Shown here one piece after another: positions 1 to 9,200 of a DNA stretch of 24,000 nucleotides. The DNA lies in assembly GCA_034430575.1 (NCBI GenBank), contig DAOUDZ010000030.1, positions 11,325-35,324 on the forward strand. The letters run 5' to 3'. The DNA comes from Dehalococcoidales bacterium. Its GTDB lineage: Bacteria; Chloroflexota; Dehalococcoidia; Dehalococcoidales; RBG-16-60-22. Positions within the stretch are counted from its first letter, which is position 1. Every line of letters begins with the position of its first letter. The translations under genes were made by a program, and so were the position numbers. The notes under the pieces were generated by a model, which saw nothing but the letters and a program-made list of their open reading frames with translations, searched no databases and was not told the DNA's origin.

Positions 1-123
1 CCCCTCATCGGTGTGTATCTTAACGACAACGGTATCGGCGCAATCGGCAGTACCTCCTCCCATCTTCATCGGCTTGGCGAAGCGTAACGAGACAGGTATA
101 CATTCAATCTTGGTAATTTTCAT
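1..123 (-). CDS. Enolase-superfamily enzyme (mandelate racemase/muconate lactonizing enzyme-like), N-terminal fragment; gene continues past the window start
   Basis: Reverse complement of 1-123 reads MKITKIECIPVSLRFAKPMKMGGGTADCADTVVVKIHTDEG and is open to the window edge. GGAGG (complement of 131-135) lies 7 nt upstream of the ATG (121-123). The N-terminal pattern MKIxxIE..P......P......V.V.I.TDEG is typical of MR/MLE N-terminal domains. Too short for the ORF track. Confidence 0.45.
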   Translation of the reverse strand, partial: MKITKIECIPVSLRFAKPMKMGGGTADCADTVVVKIHTDEG

Positions 124-331
124 TAGAATTCCTCCGGTTATATATATAATTTAGAATCTAAGATAACGCCGGGCGATGCCTGGTGCTTTTTAATGGGAAC
201 TACATTTCTATATAACATTTTATTACATTATAAGTCAAATTCTGTGACTTATGTCATGGTGGGTAATTTGCTTTTTTGCGTATTATACTGGTAAGGGTAA
301 AAACAGCCCGCTTTTTAGGGAGGTGTTCGAT

Positions 332-559
332 ATGGAAGCCAAATGCCCCGGGCAGGATATAAGGAACCTTCGGGCGGCCATGTACAAATGCCCGAATTGC
401 GGTAACGAAGTTGAGATGTTCTCCGACGAACTAAGGATTAAGTGCAGAAAATGCGGAAAATACGTTTATAAAGAGCAGACTCCATCCTGCATAGAGTGGT
501 GCCCTTCGGCAAAGCAGTGCCTCGGAGAGGAGCGGTGGAAAGCCCTCACGGGCGGCTAA
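332..559 (+). CDS. Small cysteine-rich zinc-ribbon protein (75 aa), function unknown
   Basis: Part of track ORF 251-559. The internal ATG at 332 is preceded by AGGGAGG (318-324) with ~7 nt spacing. The upstream 27 codons are hydrophobic junk in an AT-rich promoter region. The product MEAKCPGQD...CPNCG...CRKCG...CIEWCPSAKQC has paired CxxC motifs plus further Cys. Confidence 0.6.
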   Translation: MEAKCPGQDIRNLRAAMYKCPNCGNEVEMFSDELRIKCRKCGKYVYKEQTPSCIEWCPSAKQCLGEERWKALTGG

Positions 560-1119
560 GAGGCGGCCAGTTTCTGGCCGATTGCGCAGGCATCGGCGAG
601 GGCGGCAGGGTGTTCCTTAATCTCGCCCTTCTTGTCGACGCCTCTCATCAATAGCTCTTCCGCGTACTCGGCATTAATCGCCTGGAAAAAGTATTTAATC
701 GTCAGTTTCGGCCCGTCGAACAGTTTCGCGCCTTTTGTCGCCCCCACGGCGATAAAAGCCCCCCGCTTCACAGGAATATCCAGATTTTTCAGGACATATC
801 TCCGCGCCCAGAGTGCCTGGCAGCGGCTTATCAGCAGCATGAGCTGGGCGCTGACGGTATAGAAGAATATGGGGGAGGCCACGATAACCGCATCCGCGTC
901 CAGTATCTTCTGGTACAGGCCGTCCATGTCGTCCCTGATGACGCATTTGCCGTCCTTGAGGCACCCGTAATATTCGCGGCAGGGCGAAATTTTGAGCTTG
1001 TCCACGATTATTTTTTCGGTCTCCGCCCCCCGGCTCTGCGCCCCCTTCAGGGCCTCATCGAGGAGAAGGTCGGTATTGCCCTTGATGCGCGGGCTGCCCA
1101 TGATACCCAGAACTTTCAA
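556..1119 (-). CDS. NADPH-dependent FMN reductase / flavodoxin-fold (iron-sulfur flavoprotein-like) protein
   Basis: Track ORF 556-1173. Matches family motifs: (M)KVLGIMGSPRIKGNT, ISPCREYYGCLKDGKCVIRDDM, ADAVIVASPIFFYTVSAQL. I prefer the TTG at 1119-1117 as start: it gives the canonical MKVLGI N-terminus, has GGGGG 5 nt upstream, and avoids overlap with the tautomerase gene ending at 1133. The ATG at 1173 is the alternative. Confidence 0.8.
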   Translation of the reverse strand: MKVLGIMGSPRIKGNTDLLLDEALKGAQSRGAETEKIIVDKLKISPCREYYGCLKDGKCVIRDDMDGLYQKILDADAVIVASPIFFYTVSAQLMLLISRCQALWARRYVLKNLDIPVKRGAFIAVGATKGAKLFDGPKLTIKYFFQAINAEYAEELLMRGVDKKGEIKEHPAALADACAIGQKLAAS

Positions 1120-1132
1120 ATTAACCCCCGGA

Positions 1133-1321
1133 TTACCGTCCGTCGACGAATAGCTTGCCGCCCTGGGCGACATTCTCTGTCTTAAGGTCTACGATGTCGA
1201 TTTGCACCGCCGCAAGCGGGCACTCGATATTCTTGACAATCGCCTCGGTGACGTCTTTAGCCATGCCACGCTTCTGCTCGACGGTTCTTCCTTCAAGGAT
1301 TTTTATGGTTACCAGCGGCAT
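1133..1321 (-). CDS. 4-oxalocrotonate tautomerase family protein (62 aa)
   Basis: MPLVTIKILEGRTVEQKRGMAKDVTEAIVKNIECPLAAVQIDIVDLKTENVAQGG has the catalytic Pro1, the EGRT.EQK motif and the family-typical length. It lies directly upstream of the flavoprotein gene on the same strand. Confidence 0.85.
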   Translation of the reverse strand: MPLVTIKILEGRTVEQKRGMAKDVTEAIVKNIECPLAAVQIDIVDLKTENVAQGGKLFVDGR

Positions 1322-1444
1322 TTTTAACCTCCCTGTGGATATCCCTGAAAAAAGTTTAAAGCTTTACGTGTGGGGAGTCAAATTTATCGAGGTGAGGTAA
1401 AGAAAATGAAAAAGCCTGAAAGAAGGTTGCTATATAGTGCCGTC

Positions 1445-4400
1445 CTAAAAACGCCGTATCTTAAGGACTATCGTAAATATGATGATTAGCGATAAAACGA
1501 TGGTGAAGAGCAGGCCCCCGACCAGATAGATAATCCAGCCCGGTATGCTCAAGGGCTGGCTAGGGACCGGCAGGGTAACACTCTCTGGGGGAGGTTCGGT
1601 CGCAGGTGGGGGTTGTATCTGTGGCGTTGATTGTATTGTCGGCAGGGTTGCCGCGGTCAGGGAAGGGGTTATTTCTGTTATATTTCCCTCGGGGTAGGGT
1701 GGTGCTGGCGGCTCGTTTGCTAACGGAACCGACTCCGTGGTAAAGACGCCGGCGGCGCTCCAGGGACTGTGCGTGCTGGCGCTGATAGCCCTGACCTTCC
1801 AGTAGTATGTCGTATCGTAATCAAGACCGACGTCACAACGCCAGGCATTGGTCGGAAGGGCGTATTCGTCAGTCCTGACGATAACGGGACTGCCGAAACC
1901 GGCATCGGTAGATACCAGCAGTTCGTAGGCCTCCGCCCCGATTACCGCCGTCCACTGGAATAGCGGTTTTCCCGGCACATTAAGGGCGCCGGCGGCAGGG
2001 CTTTCCGGCTTGAGGGCGATAGCCTCGGTGTCAAGGCTGGTGGTAAAAGACAGTTTCTCCGACCATGGACCGGTTACCGGGGCGCTGGCGCGCACGCGCC
2101 AGTAATAAGTGGCGGCCGGGTCGAGTGACGGCAGCCGGGCGGAACTGGCGGACGTGTTGCCCTCGAATCCGTCGGGGACGGATGTTAAATCGGTATCACC
2201 ATCGCATTGCCACTCGTAGCTGGTGGCGCCGTCCAGCGTTTCCCAATCCAGGATGATGTTCCTCACGGTGTGGTCGATGAGGCTGCCGATACCCGCTGCA
2301 CCGTCGTCCGGGGAAACCTGCGTCACCGGCGATGTCAGGGTGTCGAAAAAGGTCATCAGTCTTACATTGGCGGTATCTGTTGACCATAATCGGTTGCCTG
2401 ATTGCCATAGGCCGGACAGGGTGGCGCCGTCATCCAGGCCGCGGGTAACCGTTTCAAAAGTGGGGCCGAGGGTATACCTGGGATTGAGGCAGCGTTCCAT
2501 GCCGCCGTCGCCATCGCTGTTTACGGCGTAAAGGGTCCCATCGTCGATAACGGTCAGCCCGTTGAGTATCGCCTCATCGGGCAGGGTGCCGTCGATGCTT
2601 TCCCAGTCGGTGCTGGAGCCGATAACGAAGCGGTAGACCTCGCCATCGCTATCATCATCGGCGGCATAGACGGTGCGGTTGCTATCGAATTCAGGGTCGA
2701 AGGCCACGGCGATGGAGCCGGTGAGGTGTGACGCGGTATCATTCCCGGGCAGCGATTCGAATGAAAGGCAGTTGTCATTGGACCAGAAGACCCGGCCACT
2801 GGTGTTCCCGACCAGCACGGTGCCGTCCTTTTCGTATCTGGGTGAAATGGCGATGGAGTTTAGAGACTGGTTGCCCGCCGGCGTGCCTTCGGAATAGATA
2901 AAACCGCTATTGGTCGACTTATAAACCATTCCGTGACTGCCGTCGTAGCTGCCCGTGAATAAGGCGGTTTCACTGGCTATAGCCCAAGCATCGACGTAAA
3001 ATTCCGCGCCGCTGGTGGGGTCGTGGGTGAATCTACGTCGGTAGCTCTGGCCATCGTCGGTAGATTGCCATATGGCAGGACTGCCGTTGCTCTCACCGGC
3101 CACAAACAGCGCCCGGCAGTCGTCGCCGTATTCCGGCGGCAGGCCGACCAGGCTCATACTGTCTACAGCGGCCAGATTACCGGCTAAAGTCCTTTCCCAG
3201 GTATTGCCGCCGTCCCGACTGCGCCAGAGGCTATGCCCGTTGCCGAAAGTAAGCATGAATATGGTGTTGTCCTGCCCGTATCCGGGTGAAGGAGCCAGGT
3301 CGACGATGGTATCGATGGTGGTGTCAATCATACTGACCTGGTTCCAGGTTTCGCCGATATCCCGGCTTATAGAGATAGCGCTGCCGTCGCCGCTGGTGGT
3401 GGTATACATCCTGCCGGTAGTCGTGAAATCGGGCGCTATCAGCGCGCCGGTTGTGGACTGGCCGGTAGGCTCCTTGCGACTTCTTGACCAGCCGATACCG
3501 CCATCGGTGCTGACATAGGTCCGGGTGCTATCGGCGGCCCCGGCCAGTAATACAATAAACGGGTGGTCTCCCCGGGCCGCCAGACAGCCGACATCGATGT
3601 TGCTGTACCCGTATGTCAGGCCGATATTCAGGTCGGTAACTATGGGCGTATCCGGCGCATCGGCGCAGTTGATTTTATATACGTCCCCTTCACCCGTCCC
3701 GGTATTGATAGCCGCGAAAAGGGAGCCGCTGCCTGAAGCGGGGTCGGCGTTATAATTATCGGGGAAGACAATTGTCGCCGGGGTAGCCACCCTGACGGAA
3801 GTAGGTACCCCCGAGTTGTCCCTGTCCAGCCTGGCGTATCCTGCGGTATCGCTCCAGCTGGCATCGCCTGCTTTGGCGGCAAAGTAAGTATCGGTTTCGT
3901 CGGTTATTATGGCTACGAGCTGCTGGTCATAGGCGTAGTTGGGCGAGAAAGCCACGGCATAGACGTCATAACTCCCTATATTCGTATCCACCCAGGCCGG
4001 GGTGATGTTTGCCTCGTTCAAGGTATAGACCCCGCCGAACTCGGTGCTGTCCGCGTCTCTGGTGCCGACGGCTATAACATCATCGTTCAGCCAGGTAACA
4101 TCAATAGAGGTTATTTCTAAGTTGTCGGTTCCGGCCCCGCCGGGACTGGCCGGCAGTTGCACAAAGGTCTTGCCGCCGTTAGTGGAGCTGTAAATCGCCG
4201 AAGAAGTGGCATAGTATAACCTGTCGGCGTCATGGGGTGATATGGCGATATCTACTATTGTATCCTGGACACCGCCGATATGTACCCAGCCGGTGCCGCC
4301 GTCAGTAGATTTATACAGAGTATAGGTAAGGCCGTGGCCGCTGGCATAGAGAGTGCCATCGAGGGCCGCGGTCAGGTGCCGGACATCGGAGCCGTCGGCC

Positions 4401-4612
4401 AGGATCCAATCTCCCGCTTCGCTCTCGGTGGGAATATTTACCTTCATCCATTTGATTGCTTCGGGGGATGCTTCAGCCAGTGAGATAAAGCTGAAGGCGG
4501 CGAGTATTGATACAAGGATGAGTTTAACAAAAAGGATGCATAATTCCCGGGATAGCCTGCGAGGTAGCCTGTTATTTGCCATTCGGCGAATATATGCCGG
4601 CATAAAACCCAT
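1445..4612 (-). CDS. Large secreted cell-surface protein (1055 aa): signal peptide, BNR/Asp-box beta-propeller repeats, two FN3-like modules, Pro-rich stalk, C-terminal TM anchor (S-layer/envelope candidate)
   Basis: GAGGT sits 5 nt upstream of the ATG at 4612. Hydrophobic N-terminus ends ...SFISLAEA. Asp-box motifs (S-x-D-x-G-x-T-W): STDGGTGW, STNGGKTF, STDGGIGW, SRDIGETW, SRDGGNTW, STDDGQSY. Two modules end YYWRVRA and YYWKVRA. The tail is Pro-rich (PPAPPYPEG...QPPPATEPPPES), then the TM helix WIIYLVGGLLFTIVLSLIIIFTIVL and KIRRF. Confidence 0.85.
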   Translation of the reverse strand: MGFMPAYIRRMANNRLPRRLSRELCILFVKLILVSILAAFSFISLAEASPEAIKWMKVNIPTESEAGDWILADGSDVRHLTAALDGTLYASGHGLTYTLYKSTDGGTGWVHIGGVQDTIVDIAISPHDADRLYYATSSAIYSSTNGGKTFVQLPASPGGAGTDNLEITSIDVTWLNDDVIAVGTRDADSTEFGGVYTLNEANITPAWVDTNIGSYDVYAVAFSPNYAYDQQLVAIITDETDTYFAAKAGDASWSDTAGYARLDRDNSGVPTSVRVATPATIVFPDNYNADPASGSGSLFAAINTGTGEGDVYKINCADAPDTPIVTDLNIGLTYGYSNIDVGCLAARGDHPFIVLLAGAADSTRTYVSTDGGIGWSRSRKEPTGQSTTGALIAPDFTTTGRMYTTTSGDGSAISISRDIGETWNQVSMIDTTIDTIVDLAPSPGYGQDNTIFMLTFGNGHSLWRSRDGGNTWERTLAGNLAAVDSMSLVGLPPEYGDDCRALFVAGESNGSPAIWQSTDDGQSYRRRFTHDPTSGAEFYVDAWAIASETALFTGSYDGSHGMVYKSTNSGFIYSEGTPAGNQSLNSIAISPRYEKDGTVLVGNTSGRVFWSNDNCLSFESLPGNDTASHLTGSIAVAFDPEFDSNRTVYAADDDSDGEVYRFVIGSSTDWESIDGTLPDEAILNGLTVIDDGTLYAVNSDGDGGMERCLNPRYTLGPTFETVTRGLDDGATLSGLWQSGNRLWSTDTANVRLMTFFDTLTSPVTQVSPDDGAAGIGSLIDHTVRNIILDWETLDGATSYEWQCDGDTDLTSVPDGFEGNTSASSARLPSLDPAATYYWRVRASAPVTGPWSEKLSFTTSLDTEAIALKPESPAAGALNVPGKPLFQWTAVIGAEAYELLVSTDAGFGSPVIVRTDEYALPTNAWRCDVGLDYDTTYYWKVRAISASTHSPWSAAGVFTTESVPLANEPPAPPYPEGNITEITPSLTAATLPTIQSTPQIQPPPATEPPPESVTLPVPSQPLSIPGWIIYLVGGLLFTIVLSLIIIFTIVLKIRRF

Positions 4613-4765
4613 TGTTTACCTCTTAAAAGATGTTAATCTGCAAGACCGGGACTGATGTTGGGGATTTCAGCATTATCAATAATAATACATTTGACTACGG
4701 AAATGCTCGGTTTTATTCTAAAAAAACACTAAAAATTGGAGAAACCGGGATTACTATACTGTATG

Positions 4766-4795
4766 TTGAATAAGAGCAGATATGGAGTATATACT
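4766..4795 (+). promoter_or_regulatory. Candidate sigma70-type promoter for moeA
   Basis: TTGAAT (4766-4771), 18-nt spacer, TATACT (4790-4795). It lies ~30 nt upstream of the moeA ATG, which has GGAAGG 5 nt upstream. Confidence 0.35.
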
Positions 4796-4827
4796 AACAC
4801 AAGGACTCCTGATAATGGAAGGTAATC

Positions 4828-6093
4828 ATGGGAACGGACCATTACGAGATTGATGAAGGGACCGGCTATGTCGGTTACCGGGAAGCTTTTAGCCTTATAA
4901 CCTCGGATGTAAAGCCCGTAGGGATTGAAGAGCTATCGCTGGAATTGAGTGTCGACCGTATTGCGGCCGGGGATGTGGTGGCGCAGGTGAGTTATCCTTC
5001 AACGGATGTCTCGCTAAAAGACGGCTTTGCTGTAAAATCCGTTGATGTGGAGGCCGCATCGATGCAAAGTCCCGTATATCTCAAAGTCACCGGCTCTGTA
5101 TTCGCCGGCTCTAAGTTCGGCGGCGAGGTGAAACGGGGCAGCGCTGTCAAGATATGTTCCGGCGCGCCGATACCCCGTGGGGCAGATACCGTGGTCTCCG
5201 CAGAATTCTGCGACGAAATATCGCCGGAAGAGGTGCATGCTAAGGTCAATGCAGAGCCGGGGAGGAATATCCTCCGCGCCGGCGGAGAGGTAAAAGCGGG
5301 GGCGACCATTGTCGGCAGGGGCGGCAGACTTTTACCAGGCTACCTGGGTCTGGCGGCGGCGGCCGGCATCAACCGCGTCAGCGTTTACCGGCGGCCGGTA
5401 GTGGCCGTTGCGGGAATCGGTGATGAGGTAGTAGCGCCCGGGGAAGACTTAAGCCCCGGCCAGCTCTATGCCAGCAATCTGGTCACCATGGAGTCCTGGC
5501 TGGCTTCTTTCGGCATATCCTGCGTCACTTCGGTGGTCAATGATAGTGAGGAAGATATTAAGAATGAGTTGCGTAAAAACCTGCCGGATGTAGATGCTAT
5601 TCTAACCAGCGGCGGCGCCTGGGGCAGCGAGCGCGACCTTGTTGTCGGTTGCCTGAACCAGCTCGGCTGGCAGGAGATATTCCACCACGTGCGTATGGGG
5701 CCGGGTAAGGGTATCGCCTTCGGTCTATGGGAGGGCAAGCCCGTGTTTTGCCTCCCCGGCGGGCCGGCCAGCAACGAGATGGCTTTCCTGCAGCTTGCCC
5801 TGCCCGGAATACTGCGGATGAGCGGTGATACCAGGCATCCACTCCAGACTGTTACCGCCCGGCTTACCGAGGACCTGCAGACCCGCCACCTGGCGTGGAC
5901 GGAGTTCAAGGACGCCACGCTTTCCCGTGACACTGCGGGGAATTACAGGGTTGAGCTTTATAGAGACCGGAGCCGTTTACAGGCTATCGCCAGCGCCAAC
6001 AGCCTCGTCTGCATCCCGGAGGGCACGGAATCGTTGAAGAGCGGTGAGGCCGTCACCGTGCAGATACTGGCCCCCCGCCTTGACGATATATAA
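4828..6093 (+). CDS. moeA: Molybdopterin molybdenumtransferase MoeA
   Basis: The 421-aa product aligns by eye to MoeA along its length: SLKDGFAVKS (cf. S.MDGYAV), SGAPIPRGADTVV, RRPVVAVAGIGDEVV..G, ILTSGGAWGSERD, PGKGIAFG, VFCLPGGPASN. Confidence 0.85.
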   Translation: MGTDHYEIDEGTGYVGYREAFSLITSDVKPVGIEELSLELSVDRIAAGDVVAQVSYPSTDVSLKDGFAVKSVDVEAASMQSPVYLKVTGSVFAGSKFGGEVKRGSAVKICSGAPIPRGADTVVSAEFCDEISPEEVHAKVNAEPGRNILRAGGEVKAGATIVGRGGRLLPGYLGLAAAAGINRVSVYRRPVVAVAGIGDEVVAPGEDLSPGQLYASNLVTMESWLASFGISCVTSVVNDSEEDIKNELRKNLPDVDAILTSGGAWGSERDLVVGCLNQLGWQEIFHHVRMGPGKGIAFGLWEGKPVFCLPGGPASNEMAFLQLALPGILRMSGDTRHPLQTVTARLTEDLQTRHLAWTEFKDATLSRDTAGNYRVELYRDRSRLQAIASANSLVCIPEGTESLKSGEAVTVQILAPRLDDI

Positions 6094-6139
6094 TTCGTGC
6101 TGGATTAGCCGTTAGGTAATTATTATACGCGCATAAAAA

Positions 6140-6168
6140 GAGAGCCCCCCGAATTTCGGGGGGCTCTC
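6140..6168. terminator. Bidirectional rho-independent-type hairpin between convergent moeA and the surface-protein gene
   Basis: Near-perfect palindrome GAGAGCCCCCCGAA t TTCGGGGGGCTCTC (arms 6140-6153 and 6155-6168), preceded by AAAAA on the + strand. It sits between the two convergent stop codons (6093 and 6202). Confidence 0.6.
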
Positions 6169-6201
6169 GGAGTATCTGGAGTATTGTCCTTTAAGTCATT
6201 C

Positions 6202-9200
6202 TTAGACGGAACGTCTCGTCCTGACGATGAGGACAATTACCGCTATCACCAGGACAGCGCCGATGATGATTATCGCCCAGATGTATGCGGGAGCAATCTG
6301 CTCTGGCGCAGGTGCGGGCGGAATCTCAATGACGTTGGCCGGTGGTGCCGGCGGTATCTCGATTACCGGGGCCGGTACCTGCTCGATTACTACTGGTGCA
6401 GCAGGAGCAGGCGCTTCCTCGGCAATCATGAAGTTGGCAACGGTTGACCAGTCGCCATCAACCGGTTCCAGAGCTTTAACTCTCCAGAAGTAGGTTGTAC
6501 CTCTATCGAGCGCGGCGCTGGACAGGATGCCGGCACTCTCCAGCTGTTCGTCCATTAGGGTAGTTGCGAAGGCAGGGTCAGTAGACAACTGGAACTGGTA
6601 CATGGTCGCACCGGCTGCCGGTGTCCAGGAGAAGGCCGGGGTGGTGCTATCGATGGAACCGCCATTCTCCGGTGAGGCAATAGTCGGGACCGATGCCGCA
6701 GTGGGCTGGACAACGAAGCTTCGTGTCTCCGAGAATGCACTACCTATCGGAAGAGTAGCTGCTACTCTCCAGTAGTAGGTAGTGCCGGGCAGGAAAGTAC
6801 CACCGGCCTGAATCCGTGACACCGGGTCGTTAGCGTTGGGGAGTGCGACGGTGCCAACGGGAATCGGAGGAGCTACTACCAGCTCGGTGAAGCCGTCATC
6901 CAGCGCTATGAACAGGTCGTAGCCGGTAGCCAGGGATATCCGGTTCCAGGTGAAGTTGACGGCAGCAACGGCACCCGTTAACGGGCTGACGATATCGATG
7001 CGGTCGTTATCGGCCGGGCCTATCAGTGCAGGTCCGCCGAGAGCTACGGCATCATCGTAGTAGTAGACATTGGGGGTGCGAGGAGGATCACCCTGGTCAA
7101 CGGCGTATAGCATGATGCTGCCGGGTGCGCCGCCGCTTGTCTTCAGCGCCCAGAAATCGGTGAAGTCGAGGCCAGCCTCAACCCACTGGGTGCCCCAGAA
7201 AAAGGCGGGATGCACGGCTAGCGGAACGGTTGGCGCCAGCGTGCGGTTGAGGTAGGTGCTGGTAGCGCCGGCAGTCGCATCTGAAGATAGTACGTAGAGC
7301 ACGCCGTCGGTGTACGCTATGCCGGTAATTGCCTCAGCGGTGGCAGCACCTTGTGCGGGCGCGTTCATGTTCTTGAACTCACCCAGGAAGTTGGACGGGT
7401 CGAGTGAACAGCGCCAGACGGCTGGTACTGCGGCGCCGGTTTCAGCCGCGAAGACGTAGTCACTTGCGCCCAGACCGGAAGCGGCAACGTACACAGGCGT
7501 AAAGGTGTTTAAGACACCCAGGAGGGCTCTCCAGGTAGTGCCGCCATCGGCGGTATAGACCACACCACCCCAGGTGCCGCCAATGACCAGCTCGTTTTCA
7601 CCCAGGTTTGCCATGGAAAACGGGGTATTGGCGCCCGTCAGTCCGCAGTTCATGGGCAGGCTCCAGGTGAAGCCGGCGTTAACGGACTTGTATACGTTGA
7701 CAGTGGCGGGGTCGCCGATGTAGATAACCTGCGCGCTCTCTACCACGAGGTCAGCTATAGCAGCGATTGGAACGGAAGAGCGCTTATACCATCTACCCGT
7801 GCCGCCATCGGCCGAGTAGTAGATAACCGTGCCGGCCATGTCAGCGGCGTAGATGACGTCCTCGTCAGAATCGAGACCGCGTAGTATCAGGTTAAGTGCG
7901 CCTTTAAGCTCGCACAGCACCCTGGTTACGCCGAAATTGGACATGCGGTAGACGGAAGCTTTGGTTCCGTCTGTCGCTGCCAGGTACCATGTGTTACCTC
8001 CGGCAGTCATGTAGATGTCCTGGATGGTGGTAAGGGAGCTGTCCAGGAGGGAATAGTCGTTCCAGGTGTTACCGTAGTCGAGCGACTTGGAGATAGCCGA
8101 GCCATCGCCAATCTTGCCGCCGTACAGGGTCTCACCGTCGAACTTGAGGAGTACCGTATCGAAAGCGGCCGCGTCATCGATGCCGATTCTCTTCAGCGTG
8201 CGGGCCGGCAGGAAGGTGGGCGCTGTTGCCAGCGGGTCCGCCGAACGGAAAATGTTGTTGGTGAGATAGGCGCCAGCGGCCAGGTTCGTGCCGTCGAAGG
8301 CAACACTGGCGATATCCGTGCCCTGACCAAGAGTGGCCGAGCCGTATATCTTGACGGCGGGAGCGTTATCGTAGCAGCGCCAGATGCCGCCACTCGGGCC
8401 AGCAGTGGTGCCGTCAAGAATTGTTAAACCGGCGAAGGCGATACGCAGCGACTCGTCGCTGCCATCGTAGTCCGGCAACAGGGCTAGGTCCGCCTTGTTG
8501 ACGGTAATACCCGGGGTAGCTGCAGCAGAGCCGTTCTTGATGATTATCGGGTATAGGGTGGCAACTGCGGTATCCCAGGTGCGGGAGTTGAAGCTGAGGA
8601 TATGGTAGTCCACGGCACCAACGGCAGCGGTACCATTATCCACCAGGATAGCGGATGCCATCCAGTCGGACGGGAAGTTGGGAGAGAACTCGAAGGCTGC
8701 GACATCGTCATACGCGACAGCGGTGGCATGGACTACCGGGCCGGTGACGAAGTCAGTGGCAGCGGCAGCGTCGGTGGCATCTCTCCAGGCGCCCACGCCC
8801 GCGCCGTAGTTGTAGTAGAATACCGAGGCTGCACCGGCAGCGTCAGAACCGTAAGCGGCGATGTAGCGGACACCTCCGGTCACCATGGGCGAAATCGTCA
8901 CGCCGTTGAGAGCACCAGCGAGGTTAGTGCCGGTACCGTCCTGGATGAAGCCCATCGAGGTCCAGGAGGTACCGCCGTTGATAGTGATTGCGGCGCTCAG
9001 ACCGGCTGCGGGAGTAGCGTCAGCCACGACAACAACATTCGGGTCGTCGGGGGCTATCGCCACGTAGTCCGCGGTACCGATATCGGCGGGCATCCTCGTG
9101 GAGATATCGCTCCACCACCCACCGGCGTTATTACTTTGCATTACGGCCTGCGAAAAGGGAGCAGGGGCAACGCCGGTCACGGCATACATTGTCATGCCAT

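Noticed and set aside
251-331. N-terminal extension of the Cys-rich ORF (track start at 251)
   Set aside because: The first 27 codons encode MSWWVICFFAYYTGKGKNSPLFREVFD, lie in the AT-rich promoter region, and lack an SD. The internal ATG at 332 has AGGGAGG upstream.
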